This document shows, piece by piece, positions 36,280 through 46,199 of a stretch of DNA of 64,000 bases (position 1 is the first letter of the stretch; each line of letters opens with the position of its first letter). Under the pieces are notes generated by a model. The model did not search any database, had not been told where the DNA came from, and saw nothing but the letters and a program-made list of their open reading frames with translations. Source of the DNA: Patescibacteria group bacterium (lineage in GTDB: Bacteria > Patescibacteriota > Patescibacteriia > UBA10025 > JAHIVO01); NCBI GenBank assembly GCA_041650915.1, contig JBAZKE010000005.1, positions 11,310-75,309 on the forward strand. The letters run 5' to 3'. Position numbers and translations under genes: made by a program.

Positions 36280-37596
36280 CTACGGCTGCCATTCTCCGGT
36301 CTGCCGCACGATCAGCTCTTCAGCGCGCTCCGGCTCAGCCATGAGCTCCTTGACCACGCGCTCCATGCGGGATCCCTGCGATCCCTTGATAAGCATGATA
36401 TCGCCAGGTTTGATCCGTTCCTGGATAAATTTTCCGGCGCGCTCGGTGCTCCCGAAGTGGAATACCCTGTCCTCAGGCATGCCGCTCTCTTTTGCCGCTG
36501 CAGCCGTATCGAGGGAACGCCCGCCGACAGCGACGAGCACATCCGCAACCTCCGCTGCTGCCATGCCGGCCTGGCGGTGCCCCTCCTCCGTGTAGGAGCC
36601 GAGCTCGAGCATATCGCCAAGTATGACAAACTTCTTGCCCGATACGGCAAGCCCGCCGAGCACTTTAAGCGCGGCTATCGTTGCCATTGGCGATGAATTA
36701 TAGGTATCGTCAATGATTGCCGTGTGCTTAATCCCCCGCAGCAATTTCATCCTGCCAAGCGGCGACTGGTACTCCTTGAGCGCTTCCGAAATATCGGCAA
36801 GGTTCATGCCGAGGCCCAATCCAACGGCAGCTGCCGCGAGTGCCGAGTACACCTGGTGCTGCGCGAGCACCCCTTTGAGAAAAACGGGTACGGTCGAGCC
36901 TCCGTAGGACAGCTTGAAGCTCGCGCCCTCAATGTGCTGCTCAATCCACGGATCCGGAGAAGACCCGGCAGAGTGGGCAAATTCCAGGGCTCGCACGTCA
37001 GCCCCGTCCGAAAAGCCGAACGTAATAACGTTCGCCTTGACCTTTTCCCGCATTCCCATGACGCGCGCATCGTCGGCATTGAGCACTGCCCAGCCTTCCT
37101 TTTTGAGGTGCGTAACGATAATCTGCTTCTCCCTGACGACCCTGTCCAGCGTTTTAAAGAGTTCCGTGTGCACCTGCCCGACCGCGGTGACCACCCCGAC
37201 GGTGCAGGGCGCGAGCTTGGTCAGATACGCAATGTCGCCAGGGCAGTCTGCTCCCATTTCGAGGATGAGGAACTCCGGATATCGGGCGCAGCGGAAAAGA
37301 GCCATACAGAGCCCGCGAACGAACACCCTAAGCCACGCGAACGGATTTTTCTTCCCCGACTCCGACCCGATGATAGAGAGCGGCACTCCGAGTTCGTTGT
37401 TGTAGTTCTTCACGTTCTTCCGCACCGTGTGCTTGGATGACAGCACCGTATAGATCGCTTCCTTTGTCGATGTTTTCCCGACGCTGCCCGTCACGCCGAT
37501 CACCTTCGGCTTGTACACTGCCAAAATCCATCTCGCGAGAATGCGGAGCTTCCACTCTAGTAATTTTGTTATCTTCTCCTTCATTACGGTAGCCAT
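36280..37596 (-). CDS. murF: UDP-N-acetylmuramoyl-tripeptide--D-alanyl-D-alanine ligase
   Basis: 438 aa. The GVTGSVGKTSTKE P-loop typical of MurF (not MurE). The end of the dcw cluster. Confidence 0.85.
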   Translation of the reverse strand: MATVMKEKITKLLEWKLRILARWILAVYKPKVIGVTGSVGKTSTKEAIYTVLSSKHTVRKNVKNYNNELGVPLSIIGSESGKKNPFAWLRVFVRGLCMALFRCARYPEFLILEMGADCPGDIAYLTKLAPCTVGVVTAVGQVHTELFKTLDRVVREKQIIVTHLKKEGWAVLNADDARVMGMREKVKANVITFGFSDGADVRALEFAHSAGSSPDPWIEQHIEGASFKLSYGGSTVPVFLKGVLAQHQVYSALAAAAVGLGLGMNLADISEALKEYQSPLGRMKLLRGIKHTAIIDDTYNSSPMATIAALKVLGGLAVSGKKFVILGDMLELGSYTEEGHRQAGMAAAEVADVLVAVGGRSLDTAAAAKESGMPEDRVFHFGSTERAGKFIQERIKPGDIMLIKGSQGSRMERVVKELMAEPERAEELIVRQTGEWQP

Positions 37597-37606
37597 GCGT
37601 ATGCCC

Positions 37607-39361
37607 CTATTCTACCTTCTCATCGGGCGGAATGCCATAGTAGTTCAAAATGAACTGTGCGATCTGCCCGAAGAGCGGCGCGGCTGTTGATTCAGCCCAC
37701 TGCACGTCGCGCGGCACATCGATCTTGACGCACATCGTAAATACTGGATCATCGACCGGCGCGAAGCCGCAGAACGTGCCGATCGTGTGGTTCGGATCGT
37801 ACCCCGGCCCGTTCGGATTCGGGATCTGTGCCGTGCCGGTCTTGCCGGCGACGAAGTATCCGTCCACACCGGCGCTCTTGCCGTGGCCGTTGCGCACGAC
37901 ATTGACGAGCATCGCGCCGAGCGTCGTCGCGGTCTGCTGCGAGATTGCCTGGCGGATCATCCGCGGTTCCGTCTTCGTGCTGAACCCGTCCGGGCCAATC
38001 CGCTCGTCGATGATGTACGGCTCCATGAGCTTCCCGCCGTTCGCGATCGCGGCGAACGCATTCGTGATCTGCAGCGGGGTGACTGAGATTCCCTGCCCGA
38101 ACGAAGCGGTCGCCATGTAGAGCTCCTTATGTTCCGCGAGCGAGCTGATGTTGCCCTGGGCTTCCGAATTGAGCTCGATCCCGTACCGCTCCCCGAAGTG
38201 AAACCGCTTGATATAATCCTCAAACAGCTCGGGCCCGATTTGCCGCGCAGCAAAAATGACGCCGGTATTGAGCGACTGCTCGAGCACCTGGGTCATCGTA
38301 TTGATTCCGTGCGCCTTGGCGTCCCAGTTCTTGATGGTATACTTTCCGATCTCGACGCTGCCCGTATCTTCGTACGTCGTCGACGGCAGTACCGCTCCCT
38401 GGTCGAGCGCGGCGGCCATCGTGACTGGCTTGAACACCGAACCGGGTTCATAGATGTAGAAGGTTGCCGGATTGATATACGTATTGGGGTCCTCGACCTC
38501 GTTATATGCGTTCGGGTTAAAGTCGGGCGAACCGCACATGGCGATGATCGCACCCGTTTTCGGATCGATGACCGTGAGGCTGCCGCCGTCCGCTCCGTGC
38601 TTCAGCACCTCCTCGTTAAGGCTCGTGCACGCCTCGTGCTGGATCGTCCGGTCAATGGTGAGCACGAGATCATCGCCGTTTTTCGCTTCCTCGAGCAGTT
38701 TCGTGCCGAAGGTAATCCAGCGTCCTTGGGCATCCTTTTCGGCCTGCAAGTACCCCGGTTTGCCGGCGAGCTCTTCTTCCCAGTACTCCTCGAGACCGTA
38801 CCGGCCGACTTTCGTATCGCCGCTGTAGCCGATAAAGCCAAGGATATGCGAGCCGATGTTTTGCTCGGGGTAGAAGCGAAACAGCTCCTCCTGCAGCTTG
38901 ATGCCCGCAAACTCCTTGGCCCTGATCTGGTCCGCTACTTCCTCGCTCACCTGGTGCTTGATCGGCTCGTAGAGGTCGTTCTCTTTCATGAGCCGCTCAA
39001 GCAGCTCATCCTCATCGAGCTCGAGCAGCGTACTGAGCTCTTTCGCTGCTTCATTGGGATTTTCGACCCGCTTGGGCTCCGCATAGACGAGGTAGTACGT
39101 CTTATTCGTTGCGAGAGGATACAGCGTGCCCGGATTGTCCCGGTCGCGCACGAGTATTTCGCCGCGCTTGGGGAAAAGCTTCTCATAGAGCTCGTGCTGG
39201 TCAGCCGCGAGCGCTTCATAAAAGCCATGCTGGAATATCTGGATATCCCCGAGCCGTACGATGATGAGCGCCGCAAAAATAAAAACGGCGGCACGTAAAA
39301 AGTCGATCCTATCCCGCTTGCTTTCTCTCCTGCTCCTTCTGTGGAGCGATCGCCCTACCAT
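37607..39361 (-). CDS. ftsI: penicillin-binding protein 3-type transpeptidase (FtsI)
   Basis: 584 aa. An N-terminal TM helix and the SVFK (SxxK), SLNTG (SxN) and KTGTAQ (KTG) motifs. Confidence 0.85.
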   Translation of the reverse strand: MVGRSLHRRSRRESKRDRIDFLRAAVFIFAALIIVRLGDIQIFQHGFYEALAADQHELYEKLFPKRGEILVRDRDNPGTLYPLATNKTYYLVYAEPKRVENPNEAAKELSTLLELDEDELLERLMKENDLYEPIKHQVSEEVADQIRAKEFAGIKLQEELFRFYPEQNIGSHILGFIGYSGDTKVGRYGLEEYWEEELAGKPGYLQAEKDAQGRWITFGTKLLEEAKNGDDLVLTIDRTIQHEACTSLNEEVLKHGADGGSLTVIDPKTGAIIAMCGSPDFNPNAYNEVEDPNTYINPATFYIYEPGSVFKPVTMAAALDQGAVLPSTTYEDTGSVEIGKYTIKNWDAKAHGINTMTQVLEQSLNTGVIFAARQIGPELFEDYIKRFHFGERYGIELNSEAQGNISSLAEHKELYMATASFGQGISVTPLQITNAFAAIANGGKLMEPYIIDERIGPDGFSTKTEPRMIRQAISQQTATTLGAMLVNVVRNGHGKSAGVDGYFVAGKTGTAQIPNPNGPGYDPNHTIGTFCGFAPVDDPVFTMCVKIDVPRDVQWAESTAAPLFGQIAQFILNYYGIPPDEKVE

Positions 39362-39453
39362 GTCCTACGTACGGTCATTGTGTGCATATAGTTAAAGAGA
39401 GCGCGAGCCGTTGGCCGAGCTGTCTTGATCTGTCGGGTACGCTCGCACGGCTG

Positions 39454-39813
39454 TTACCTGACGGCGACAGCTGCACCGACCGCCGGCAGGTACTCAATCT
39501 GCGTCGTTGCAACGAGGTCGAGCGATGCGCTTGCCGCCTCAATCGTTACGAGCGACTGGAGCTCTGCAGCCCTCAGTTCGAGCTCCTTGTTGTCTTTGAG
39601 GAGCTGCTCTATCTCATTCTCCGCTCCCTTGATATTGAATCCGCCCGTAGCCGTTAGGTTAATCAAGTAGAGGTACGAGAAACCCGCGGCAACGACCAAA
39701 CCGAGCAGCAGGAGATGTAAGCTCACCGATCTGAGCTTCATGCGCTCTCCTCCTGTTCCGTTCTGCCTGAGGCAACCCGTACCGGCAAACTTTTTTCGTG
39801 CGAATTTTGTCAT
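39454..39813 (-). CDS. ftsL: FtsL-like cell-division protein (single TM + coiled coil)
   Basis: It sits in the expected position between rsmH and ftsI. Has a TM helix (LHLLLLGLVVAAGFSYLYLI) followed by a short coiled coil. The start may be the internal ATG ~39741. Confidence 0.55.
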   Translation of the reverse strand: MTKFARKKFAGTGCLRQNGTGGERMKLRSVSLHLLLLGLVVAAGFSYLYLINLTATGGFNIKGAENEIEQLLKDNKELELRAAELQSLVTIEAASASLDLVATTQIEYLPAVGAAVAVR

Positions 39814-39821
39814 TCTTTTTA

Positions 39822-40781
39822 TTATAGCTTTTGGACCGTACGCAAATGGGCGCTACGCGACCGGGGATTCCGCTCCATCTCCTCCCGGGTCGGCGCCACT
39901 CCGCGCCGCGTCACGAGCCGCACACGGGCGCGATGGCCGCACCTGCAGACCGGCAGCTCCGGCGGACAGATGCAATCGCGCGACAGTTCCCTGAAGAACC
40001 GCTTTACGATCCGGTCTTCGAGCGAATGGAATGTCAGCACGCAGAGCATGCCTCCCGGCACGAGCAGATCAACCGCCTGGGGCAGCACGCGTTCGAGGCT
40101 GTCGAGCTCGCCATTAACGGCAATGCGGAGCGCCTGGAACGTCCTGGTCGCGGGATGGGTCCCTCCGATCCACGGTACTTCCTTTTTAGTTTTCAATTTA
40201 TTTCTAAAGGCCGGGAGTATGGCCTCGACTAACGTTTTTGTTTTTATTATCGGATGCGTTTGGCGCGCGTTGAGAATATTTTTTGTTATTTCATGCGCCA
40301 AGGGCTCCTGGCCATACTCCCGAATTACCTTTTCAATCTTTTCAAACGGCCACGTATTGACAACCGTTGCGGCAGTGAGCTCCTGCCGGGAATCGAACCG
40401 CATATCGAGCGCCGCGTTTACCCGAAAAGAAAATCCTCTATCCTCGCCTTCGAGCTCAATACTAGAAATGCCAAGGTCAAGTAGAATGCCGTAAACTTTA
40501 TGTAGTGAAAACTGTTCATCGTATATTTGTTTTAGGTTTGCGAAGCTCCCCTGGACAAACGTGGCGCGGTTTCCGAAGCGCCTGAGCCGCTCCCTGCTGA
40601 TTTTCAGCGCCTCGCTGTCGAGGTCAATGGCGAGGAGCCTGCCGCCGGGTGCCGTTGCCTCGAGTATCCGTTTGGCATGCCCGCCGCCGCCAACTGTGCA
40701 GTCAATGTAGTGTGCGCCTGCCTTCGGCTGGAGGTGCTGCAATACTTCATCGAGCAGCACCGGTATGTGCTTCCCGGGCAT
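39822..40781 (-). CDS. rsmH: 16S rRNA (cytosine1402-N4)-methyltransferase
   Basis: 319 aa. HIPVLLDEVL...YIDCTVGGGGHA is the RsmH/MraW signature. Confidence 0.9.
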   Translation of the reverse strand: MPGKHIPVLLDEVLQHLQPKAGAHYIDCTVGGGGHAKRILEATAPGGRLLAIDLDSEALKISRERLRRFGNRATFVQGSFANLKQIYDEQFSLHKVYGILLDLGISSIELEGEDRGFSFRVNAALDMRFDSRQELTAATVVNTWPFEKIEKVIREYGQEPLAHEITKNILNARQTHPIIKTKTLVEAILPAFRNKLKTKKEVPWIGGTHPATRTFQALRIAVNGELDSLERVLPQAVDLLVPGGMLCVLTFHSLEDRIVKRFFRELSRDCICPPELPVCRCGHRARVRLVTRRGVAPTREEMERNPRSRSAHLRTVQKL

Positions 40782-40790
40782 ACGGCAGCG

Positions 40791-41222
40791 CTAAACGCCG
40801 AGCTCCCCGAGCGCCTCAGCGATATCACCGCCGCGCTTTTCGGTTCCGAGCTTGTACTTTTCCCACGCAGCTTCATCCCAAATCTCGAGCCGGTTGTAGA
40901 GGCCGGCAACGACCACCTTCTTGCGGATCGCCGCATACTTGCGGAGGTAGTCAGGCAGAATGATCCTCCCCTGCTTGTCGATCTCACAGTCCATCGCGCC
41001 GGCGAGCATAAGCCGGGCGAACGCACGGGTATTTGCCTTTGATATAGGAAGCTTTGAGAGCTTGTCGGCGAGAACCTCCCAGTCTTTTTGCGGATAGAGA
41101 AACAGGCAGCTATCGAGCCCACGCGTAACTACGGCTCCTTTCGCGAGTTCAACGCGAAACTTGATAGGCACAGCGAGCCTTCCCTTTTCATCTACTGCAT
41201 GCTGGTACTCTCCAATAAACAT
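40791..41222 (-). CDS. mraZ: transcriptional regulator MraZ
   Basis: 143 aa. MFIGEYQHAVDEKGRLAVPIKFR and a second DxxGR repeat. Confidence 0.9.
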   Translation of the reverse strand: MFIGEYQHAVDEKGRLAVPIKFRVELAKGAVVTRGLDSCLFLYPQKDWEVLADKLSKLPISKANTRAFARLMLAGAMDCEIDKQGRIILPDYLRKYAAIRKKVVVAGLYNRLEIWDEAAWEKYKLGTEKRGGDIAEALGELGV

Positions 41223-41511
41223 ATCGTATATAAAAACCAGTTGGTGTGGTGCGGCTCGATGCCTTTTCCACAGATTCGTTTACTTATCCCCACTTTTATC
41301 CACTTTCTACCCTATGCCTCCATTTTACACCACATTTCATAAAAAGGCAACCGTGTAAAAATCCGGCAACTATTGCAAAACGAATGAGGCGTAGTGTCAA
41401 GAGAATATTTTGACCATGTTGTATCCCGGCGCATTCAAAACATACTATATGTAGTTACCACGCAAAAACATCTATCATTATTGGTACTATGAGAAGAGAT
41501 TCCTGCTGTGG

Positions 41512-41554
41512 ATAAATAAAAAAAGCGCCGGATACGGAGCACCCGACGCTTTTA
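41512..41554 (-). terminator. intrinsic terminator downstream of the FG-GAP/CTD gene
   Basis: Minus strand: agcgtcgg-gtgctccgtat-ccggcgct followed by TTTTTTATTTAT. Confidence 0.5.
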
Positions 41555-41589
41555 CCAAACTAATTCTACGAAACCTCCAAATTAAATTG

Positions 41590-43467
41590 CTATTTGATGA
41601 GGAGCATTTTCAAATTCTTGTGATACTCCCCGACTGTGACCCGGCACAGGTACATGCCGGTGGCGAAGTTGCTACCCGCATTCCACTCTACGGAATACTC
41701 ACCCGGCTCCTGCTTGCCGTCGTACAAAACAGTCACTACTTGCCCGAGGACATTGTAGACATAGATGTTCACATCGCACGTTTTCGCGACCGAATAACGG
41801 ATAGTCGTGCTGGGATTGAACGGATTTGGATAGTTTGGACCTACCGAGACCGTATCGACTGGGTCACCCTTCAATTCCGACGAAGGTGATACCACAAGCT
41901 TTGGTAGCGGGCCACCGTTCGGATGACACTGCACCGGCATTACCGCAAACACACTATCGAGCGGATAGTCGTACATCTGATAAATGCCCTGCCCGCCGGA
42001 ATAATCAAAGGAGTTACCCGTCGAATAGAATGATTGCAACCGCGTCTCTTCCTCGCTGATGCGGGAAAAGAGGATAATATCACCGTAGGCATCACCGTTG
42101 AAGTACCCTGCGCAGCCAAAGAGCTTGGTTGCGGCATTGTACCCATCCGCTTGCCACCACCCTTGACCACCGGTGTAATGGAATGACGAGCCTGTCGACA
42201 GAAACGTCTGAATCCGAGTCTGGTACTGACCATTAGGCTGGAGACCGATGTCTCGCACGATCGCGATATCGTCCAGATCGTTTCCATCATAATCGCACAC
42301 GAGTACATGTACTGACCGTCGCGCCTCGTACCCGTCGGCTTGCCACCAACCCTGACCACCAGAGTAAGCGAAGTAGGTGCCCCGGGACATGAATACCTGA
42401 ATCCGGGTCTGGTACTTGCCGTTGGGCTGCAAGCCAATGTCGCGCACGATCGCGATGTCAAAACCGTCTACATGATCGAACCGACCAGCGACGAACGCAA
42501 CGCAACGCCGCGCTTCATAGCCGTCCGCGGCCCACCATGATACAGGACAGTTAAACTGCCCTGTCGCAGGATTCCATGCCGTAACGAAGATTTCCGACCG
42601 ATACTTACCGTTGAGCTGCAAGCCCCTGTCAACAAGAAACGCTAAATCCACATAGCCGTCGCGGGTAAAGTCCCCACCGGTCATATCGACCACGTCATCG
42701 ACAGTGAAATCGATCGATGGACAATCGCCGCTGAACATCGTCTCTCCGAAATCAACGTACTCTCCTTCATGATCCCAAACGGCCTGCTCTATGCAGAAAC
42801 CAACACCATTAGGGGAAGTGGCATCCGTCTTATACAAGAGCACAACGTCAGTCATGTCATCCCCGTTAAGTGACCCACTAAACGTTTGCCAGAGTGTCCG
42901 CGTAGTATCGACCGTGAACATTCTCCAACCGTACGAACCTTCATAGATGATACCGTCTCCCGTTGAAAGAAACGGCTGTGCACGAAACCGACGTTGCCCA
43001 CCATTGAATCTCCCATGTCGTCCGACCGCTAGAATATCCGTTGCCTGTACAAGACCATCGGCAGGATACACGTCACCGGTCCTGATGTACAAATCATTGG
43101 ACATTCCAGACCAATTTCCGTATGGGTCGGCAGCCCGAGCAGTCACATGGTAGCTCGTGCTCGGACTCAATCCGGTCAGGACATACGTTTCCATTACGTC
43201 CGGCAGGTGTGGCGGGAACGGATCGAAGAAATGCGTACCGTACACCTGCCACTCATTGAGTTCCGTCGGTGGAGTATCCCCGCTGATGCAGATATCATAC
43301 TTATCCACCGGCAGCTCAAGAACTACATTCGAATCATTGTCGAGATCAGCCGGCGCAGGCCAGACAATCCTCGCGGAATACGCATTGTTCGACGATGCAC
43401 TTACCGATACGGCTATCATCAGGACAACTAGTCCTACAGATACTCCTAAGAAACCTCTTCTTTCCAT
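41590..43467 (-). CDS. secreted protein with fibronectin-III-like N-terminal domain, FG-GAP-like repeats and a T9SS-type C-terminal sorting domain
   Basis: 625 aa. Signal peptide. The CTD VGPNYPNPFNPSTTIRYSV...VYNVLGQVV...GMYLCRV...LIK is a more divergent copy of the same domain. Confidence 0.75.
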   Translation of the reverse strand: MERRGFLGVSVGLVVLMIAVSVSASSNNAYSARIVWPAPADLDNDSNVVLELPVDKYDICISGDTPPTELNEWQVYGTHFFDPFPPHLPDVMETYVLTGLSPSTSYHVTARAADPYGNWSGMSNDLYIRTGDVYPADGLVQATDILAVGRHGRFNGGQRRFRAQPFLSTGDGIIYEGSYGWRMFTVDTTRTLWQTFSGSLNGDDMTDVVLLYKTDATSPNGVGFCIEQAVWDHEGEYVDFGETMFSGDCPSIDFTVDDVVDMTGGDFTRDGYVDLAFLVDRGLQLNGKYRSEIFVTAWNPATGQFNCPVSWWAADGYEARRCVAFVAGRFDHVDGFDIAIVRDIGLQPNGKYQTRIQVFMSRGTYFAYSGGQGWWQADGYEARRSVHVLVCDYDGNDLDDIAIVRDIGLQPNGQYQTRIQTFLSTGSSFHYTGGQGWWQADGYNAATKLFGCAGYFNGDAYGDIILFSRISEEETRLQSFYSTGNSFDYSGGQGIYQMYDYPLDSVFAVMPVQCHPNGGPLPKLVVSPSSELKGDPVDTVSVGPNYPNPFNPSTTIRYSVAKTCDVNIYVYNVLGQVVTVLYDGKQEPGEYSVEWNAGSNFATGMYLCRVTVGEYHKNLKMLLIK

Positions 43468-43641
43468 GATCTACAGCTCCTTTCCTTTTCTGTATATATT
43501 CAACTGTCAATTTTCTATTTTTACAACAAAGTTTACAGATGATACTACCCTAAAGTCCCAATCTTGTCAATCCCTACTGCAAACGGGCAAGACGTGTTGT
43601 TGATAAGTCAATCTTGACTTTCGGTTTTTATTCGGGTATAC

Positions 43642-44436
43642 TTACTCTATCCTCTTTATAAGGGGCCGTGCAACCAGGCTTAGCAACACCAAAACGCATA
43701 AGCTAATCGCTGCAAACAGTATCCCATACATAAGAAACTGTGCGGCAAGAAAGAGCGGCGTGGTCATCCAGGAGATGACAGTCCAGGTCATTGGTACCTG
43801 CAGCCATTGGTCAACGATAAAAAACAGCGTAAAAAGCGCTGCGATGCCTAGCAAACCAGAGAATGTATGCGAGAGATCCTCACGTGACGGCGCCGCATGC
43901 GAGCTGAGGCTCAGCATGAGGTATATGAATACATATGTTTGCCAGGAATCCCAGTTGAACGCCTGGACAAGCGAAGATACGGTATCCCAAAACTGCGAAA
44001 AGTACTGCACGGTAAAGCGGAAGAAGCTTGCGAAACTCGAGAAGTCAACAACGGCAGCCTGCACCGTCGAGAGGCTCGAGTGGTACAGATCAGGGAGTAG
44101 TGCCCAGGCCAGCAAGAGCATCGCGGCGGTGACGCCAAAGAGCGGCGCAATGGAGATCACGACCTTTTTCAGCGGATTGCCCGTGCGGTCGTGCTCGACA
44201 AAACCGAGCGAATCACCCGACGGATAAAAAAGCCTGACACGGCGCACGCGGGTGAATGTAGCAAGGCATGCAATCAAGTGTGACAGCTCATGGCATACCA
44301 CGCCGGGCCACATCGTCAACAAGTACCACCGCCGCCCAAGCCGCTGCAGCACGATACGATCAACCGCTCGCGACAACCCATACAGCAGAAGGATCTGTAT
44401 AAACAGCGGGAGAAAAATATTAGCGATGCCAATCAT
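43642..44436 (-). CDS. integral membrane protein with HExxH motif (putative membrane-embedded zinc metalloprotease)
   Basis: 264 aa, about 6 TM. HELSHLIA within a predicted helix. Divergently arranged 38 bp from lexA. Confidence 0.5.
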   Translation of the reverse strand: MIGIANIFLPLFIQILLLYGLSRAVDRIVLQRLGRRWYLLTMWPGVVCHELSHLIACLATFTRVRRVRLFYPSGDSLGFVEHDRTGNPLKKVVISIAPLFGVTAAMLLLAWALLPDLYHSSLSTVQAAVVDFSSFASFFRFTVQYFSQFWDTVSSLVQAFNWDSWQTYVFIYLMLSLSSHAAPSREDLSHTFSGLLGIAALFTLFFIVDQWLQVPMTWTVISWMTTPLFLAAQFLMYGILFAAISLCVLVLLSLVARPLIKRIE

Positions 44437-44474
44437 ATACGTTCAGTATAGCGTAAATAAGTAATACGAAACAT

Positions 44475-45089
44475 ATGGTATCCATCCTGCCGGCTAAAAA
44501 ACAGCAAATGCTCAACTACCTCCGCGAGTACATTGCCGAACGCGGCTATGCGCCGACCCTCACCGAGATCGCGCGGGAGTTTAAGCTCTCATCGCTTGCA
44601 ACAGTCCACGAGCACCTTCAGTTTCTCCACGATCACGGATTCATCCGGCGCGATAAGGATGGGAAGCGCGGCATTACCATTCCGCATCTCAGGCATGAGA
44701 AATCGCGTGAAGAAAGCGTTCTGCTGCCCGTCGTAGGGCTGATCACCGCGGGCTTACCGATCGAGGCTATCGAAAACCGAGAGTCCGAACTCCCCGTGCC
44801 GAAAAGCATCGTCCAAAATAAAAACTCTTACATCCTCAAGGTCAAGGGCGACTCGATGGTTGAAAGCTTAATCGCCGACGGTGACTATGTCATCTGCGAA
44901 AAAACGGAGTATGCAAAAGACGGCGACACGGTCGTCGCTATGCTCGAAGACGGCACTGCAACACTCAAAAAGTTTTTCAAAACCAAGCAGTACATCAGGC
45001 TCCAGCCTGCTAATAAAAAATATAAACCACTCTATGCGAAGAACGTAATTGTCCAGGGCAGGGTGCTCGGCATTATCCGCAAATTTTAA
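44475..45089 (+). CDS. lexA: LexA repressor (S24 peptidase)
   Basis: 204 aa. An N-terminal winged helix, an AG cleavage site (ITAG-LP), the GDSM serine motif and a downstream Lys (TLKKF). Confidence 0.85.
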   Translation: MVSILPAKKQQMLNYLREYIAERGYAPTLTEIAREFKLSSLATVHEHLQFLHDHGFIRRDKDGKRGITIPHLRHEKSREESVLLPVVGLITAGLPIEAIENRESELPVPKSIVQNKNSYILKVKGDSMVESLIADGDYVICEKTEYAKDGDTVVAMLEDGTATLKKFFKTKQYIRLQPANKKYKPLYAKNVIVQGRVLGIIRKF

Positions 45090-45122
45090 AACCGCACTAC
45101 AGAACGAAAAACGGAGAAACGG

Positions 45123-45551
45123 CTACGTCCTGAATGCATTCTTCTTTGGTTTGGTGATGTTTGGTTCGCTGCCATACTGCGGCAGGACGATAGACTGCTT
45201 CTGCGCCGTGGCAATCTGTGCGGCGCCCTTTCTTGCGAGGCTTGCCATCCCCCTCCCCGGCCGTTTTTGGACGCCGACGACCGGAATCTCAAGGCCGTAG
45301 GAGAGCGCATTTGCGGTACTGATTCCAACGCGGAGCGAAGTGAAACCGCCCGGTCCGGATACGACAATAATCCCCCTGAGCTGCGGAAGCGGCTGCTGCT
45401 CCGCTGTCAGCAGTGCAACTATCGACGGTAAAAGCTTTTCGGACTGGGTAAACTTGCTCTGCACGGTCCGAGAAGCGGCAATCCCGCCGTTTGCGCTGAC
45501 GAGGCCGACCGTAAAACGGTCGCCATCGCTCGTATCGATAAAGAGGAACAT
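45123..45551 (-). CDS. tsaB: TsaB/YeaZ-like protein (N-terminal domain of the t6A biosynthesis partner)
   Basis: Start at ATG 45551: MFLFIDTSDGD...VVSGPGGFTSLRVGISTANALSYGLEIPVVGV. About 143 aa. The track's N-terminal extension is Ser/Thr/Arg-rich and implausible. Confidence 0.65.
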   Translation of the reverse strand: MFLFIDTSDGDRFTVGLVSANGGIAASRTVQSKFTQSEKLLPSIVALLTAEQQPLPQLRGIIVVSGPGGFTSLRVGISTANALSYGLEIPVVGVQKRPGRGMASLARKGAAQIATAQKQSIVLPQYGSEPNITKPKKNAFRT

Positions 45552-45552
45552 G

Positions 45553-46131
45553 CTACTTGGTAAAAATTTTATCGGTAATGACGATCTTCTTGTTCTCAAG
45601 GATGTGGTACAGGAACTTATCGGTGAGGTCGTTGCGGTATTCAAACTCGCGCCTCGACATGACCGTGTACCGGATTTTCTTGTCAAAATCCCGCTGGAAC
45701 GAAGCGACGAGCCGCTTGAGCTTCGTGCGGTTCACCTTCCCGACGATGAGAATATCGGTCTGCGTATCGGTTACCCCCGTGAAGATGCCGCTGAGCGCCA
45801 GGAATGATATCTGGCCCATGCCCTTGATCTTGCCTGCAAGATTTTTTTCAACGGTGAGCTGGGACTTCAAAATGAGCGACTGGAGCTCGGGGAAGAGGAT
45901 AAACTCGCGGTCAACGCGGTAAAACTTTTTATGGCCGTCTTCGTGGGATATGATGAGGCCGATCTTCTCGAGGTTATCAAGCTCCCTCCGCACCGAATTG
46001 ATGCGCTCTTTAATCTTCCGCGTCAGCTCCCGAACAAAGTAGTCAGTCTTCGGATTTGTCAAAAAAATGCGAAGCAGTTTGACGCGCGTCCTTGAACCAA
46101 ATAATTGCTCAATCATAGCTGCATGAATCAT
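45553..46131 (-). CDS. hypothetical winged-helix DNA-binding protein
   Basis: 192 aa. N-terminal RVKLLRIFLTNPKTDYFVRELTRKI resembles a wHTH. The remainder is unassigned. Confidence 0.5.
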   Translation of the reverse strand: MIHAAMIEQLFGSRTRVKLLRIFLTNPKTDYFVRELTRKIKERINSVRRELDNLEKIGLIISHEDGHKKFYRVDREFILFPELQSLILKSQLTVEKNLAGKIKGMGQISFLALSGIFTGVTDTQTDILIVGKVNRTKLKRLVASFQRDFDKKIRYTVMSRREFEYRNDLTDKFLYHILENKKIVITDKIFTK

Positions 46132-46199
46132 CTTTACTTATTGACGTACCTGTATTATAATATGGGCGTAAAAAACAAGCAAGAAATCAAATTACCGAC

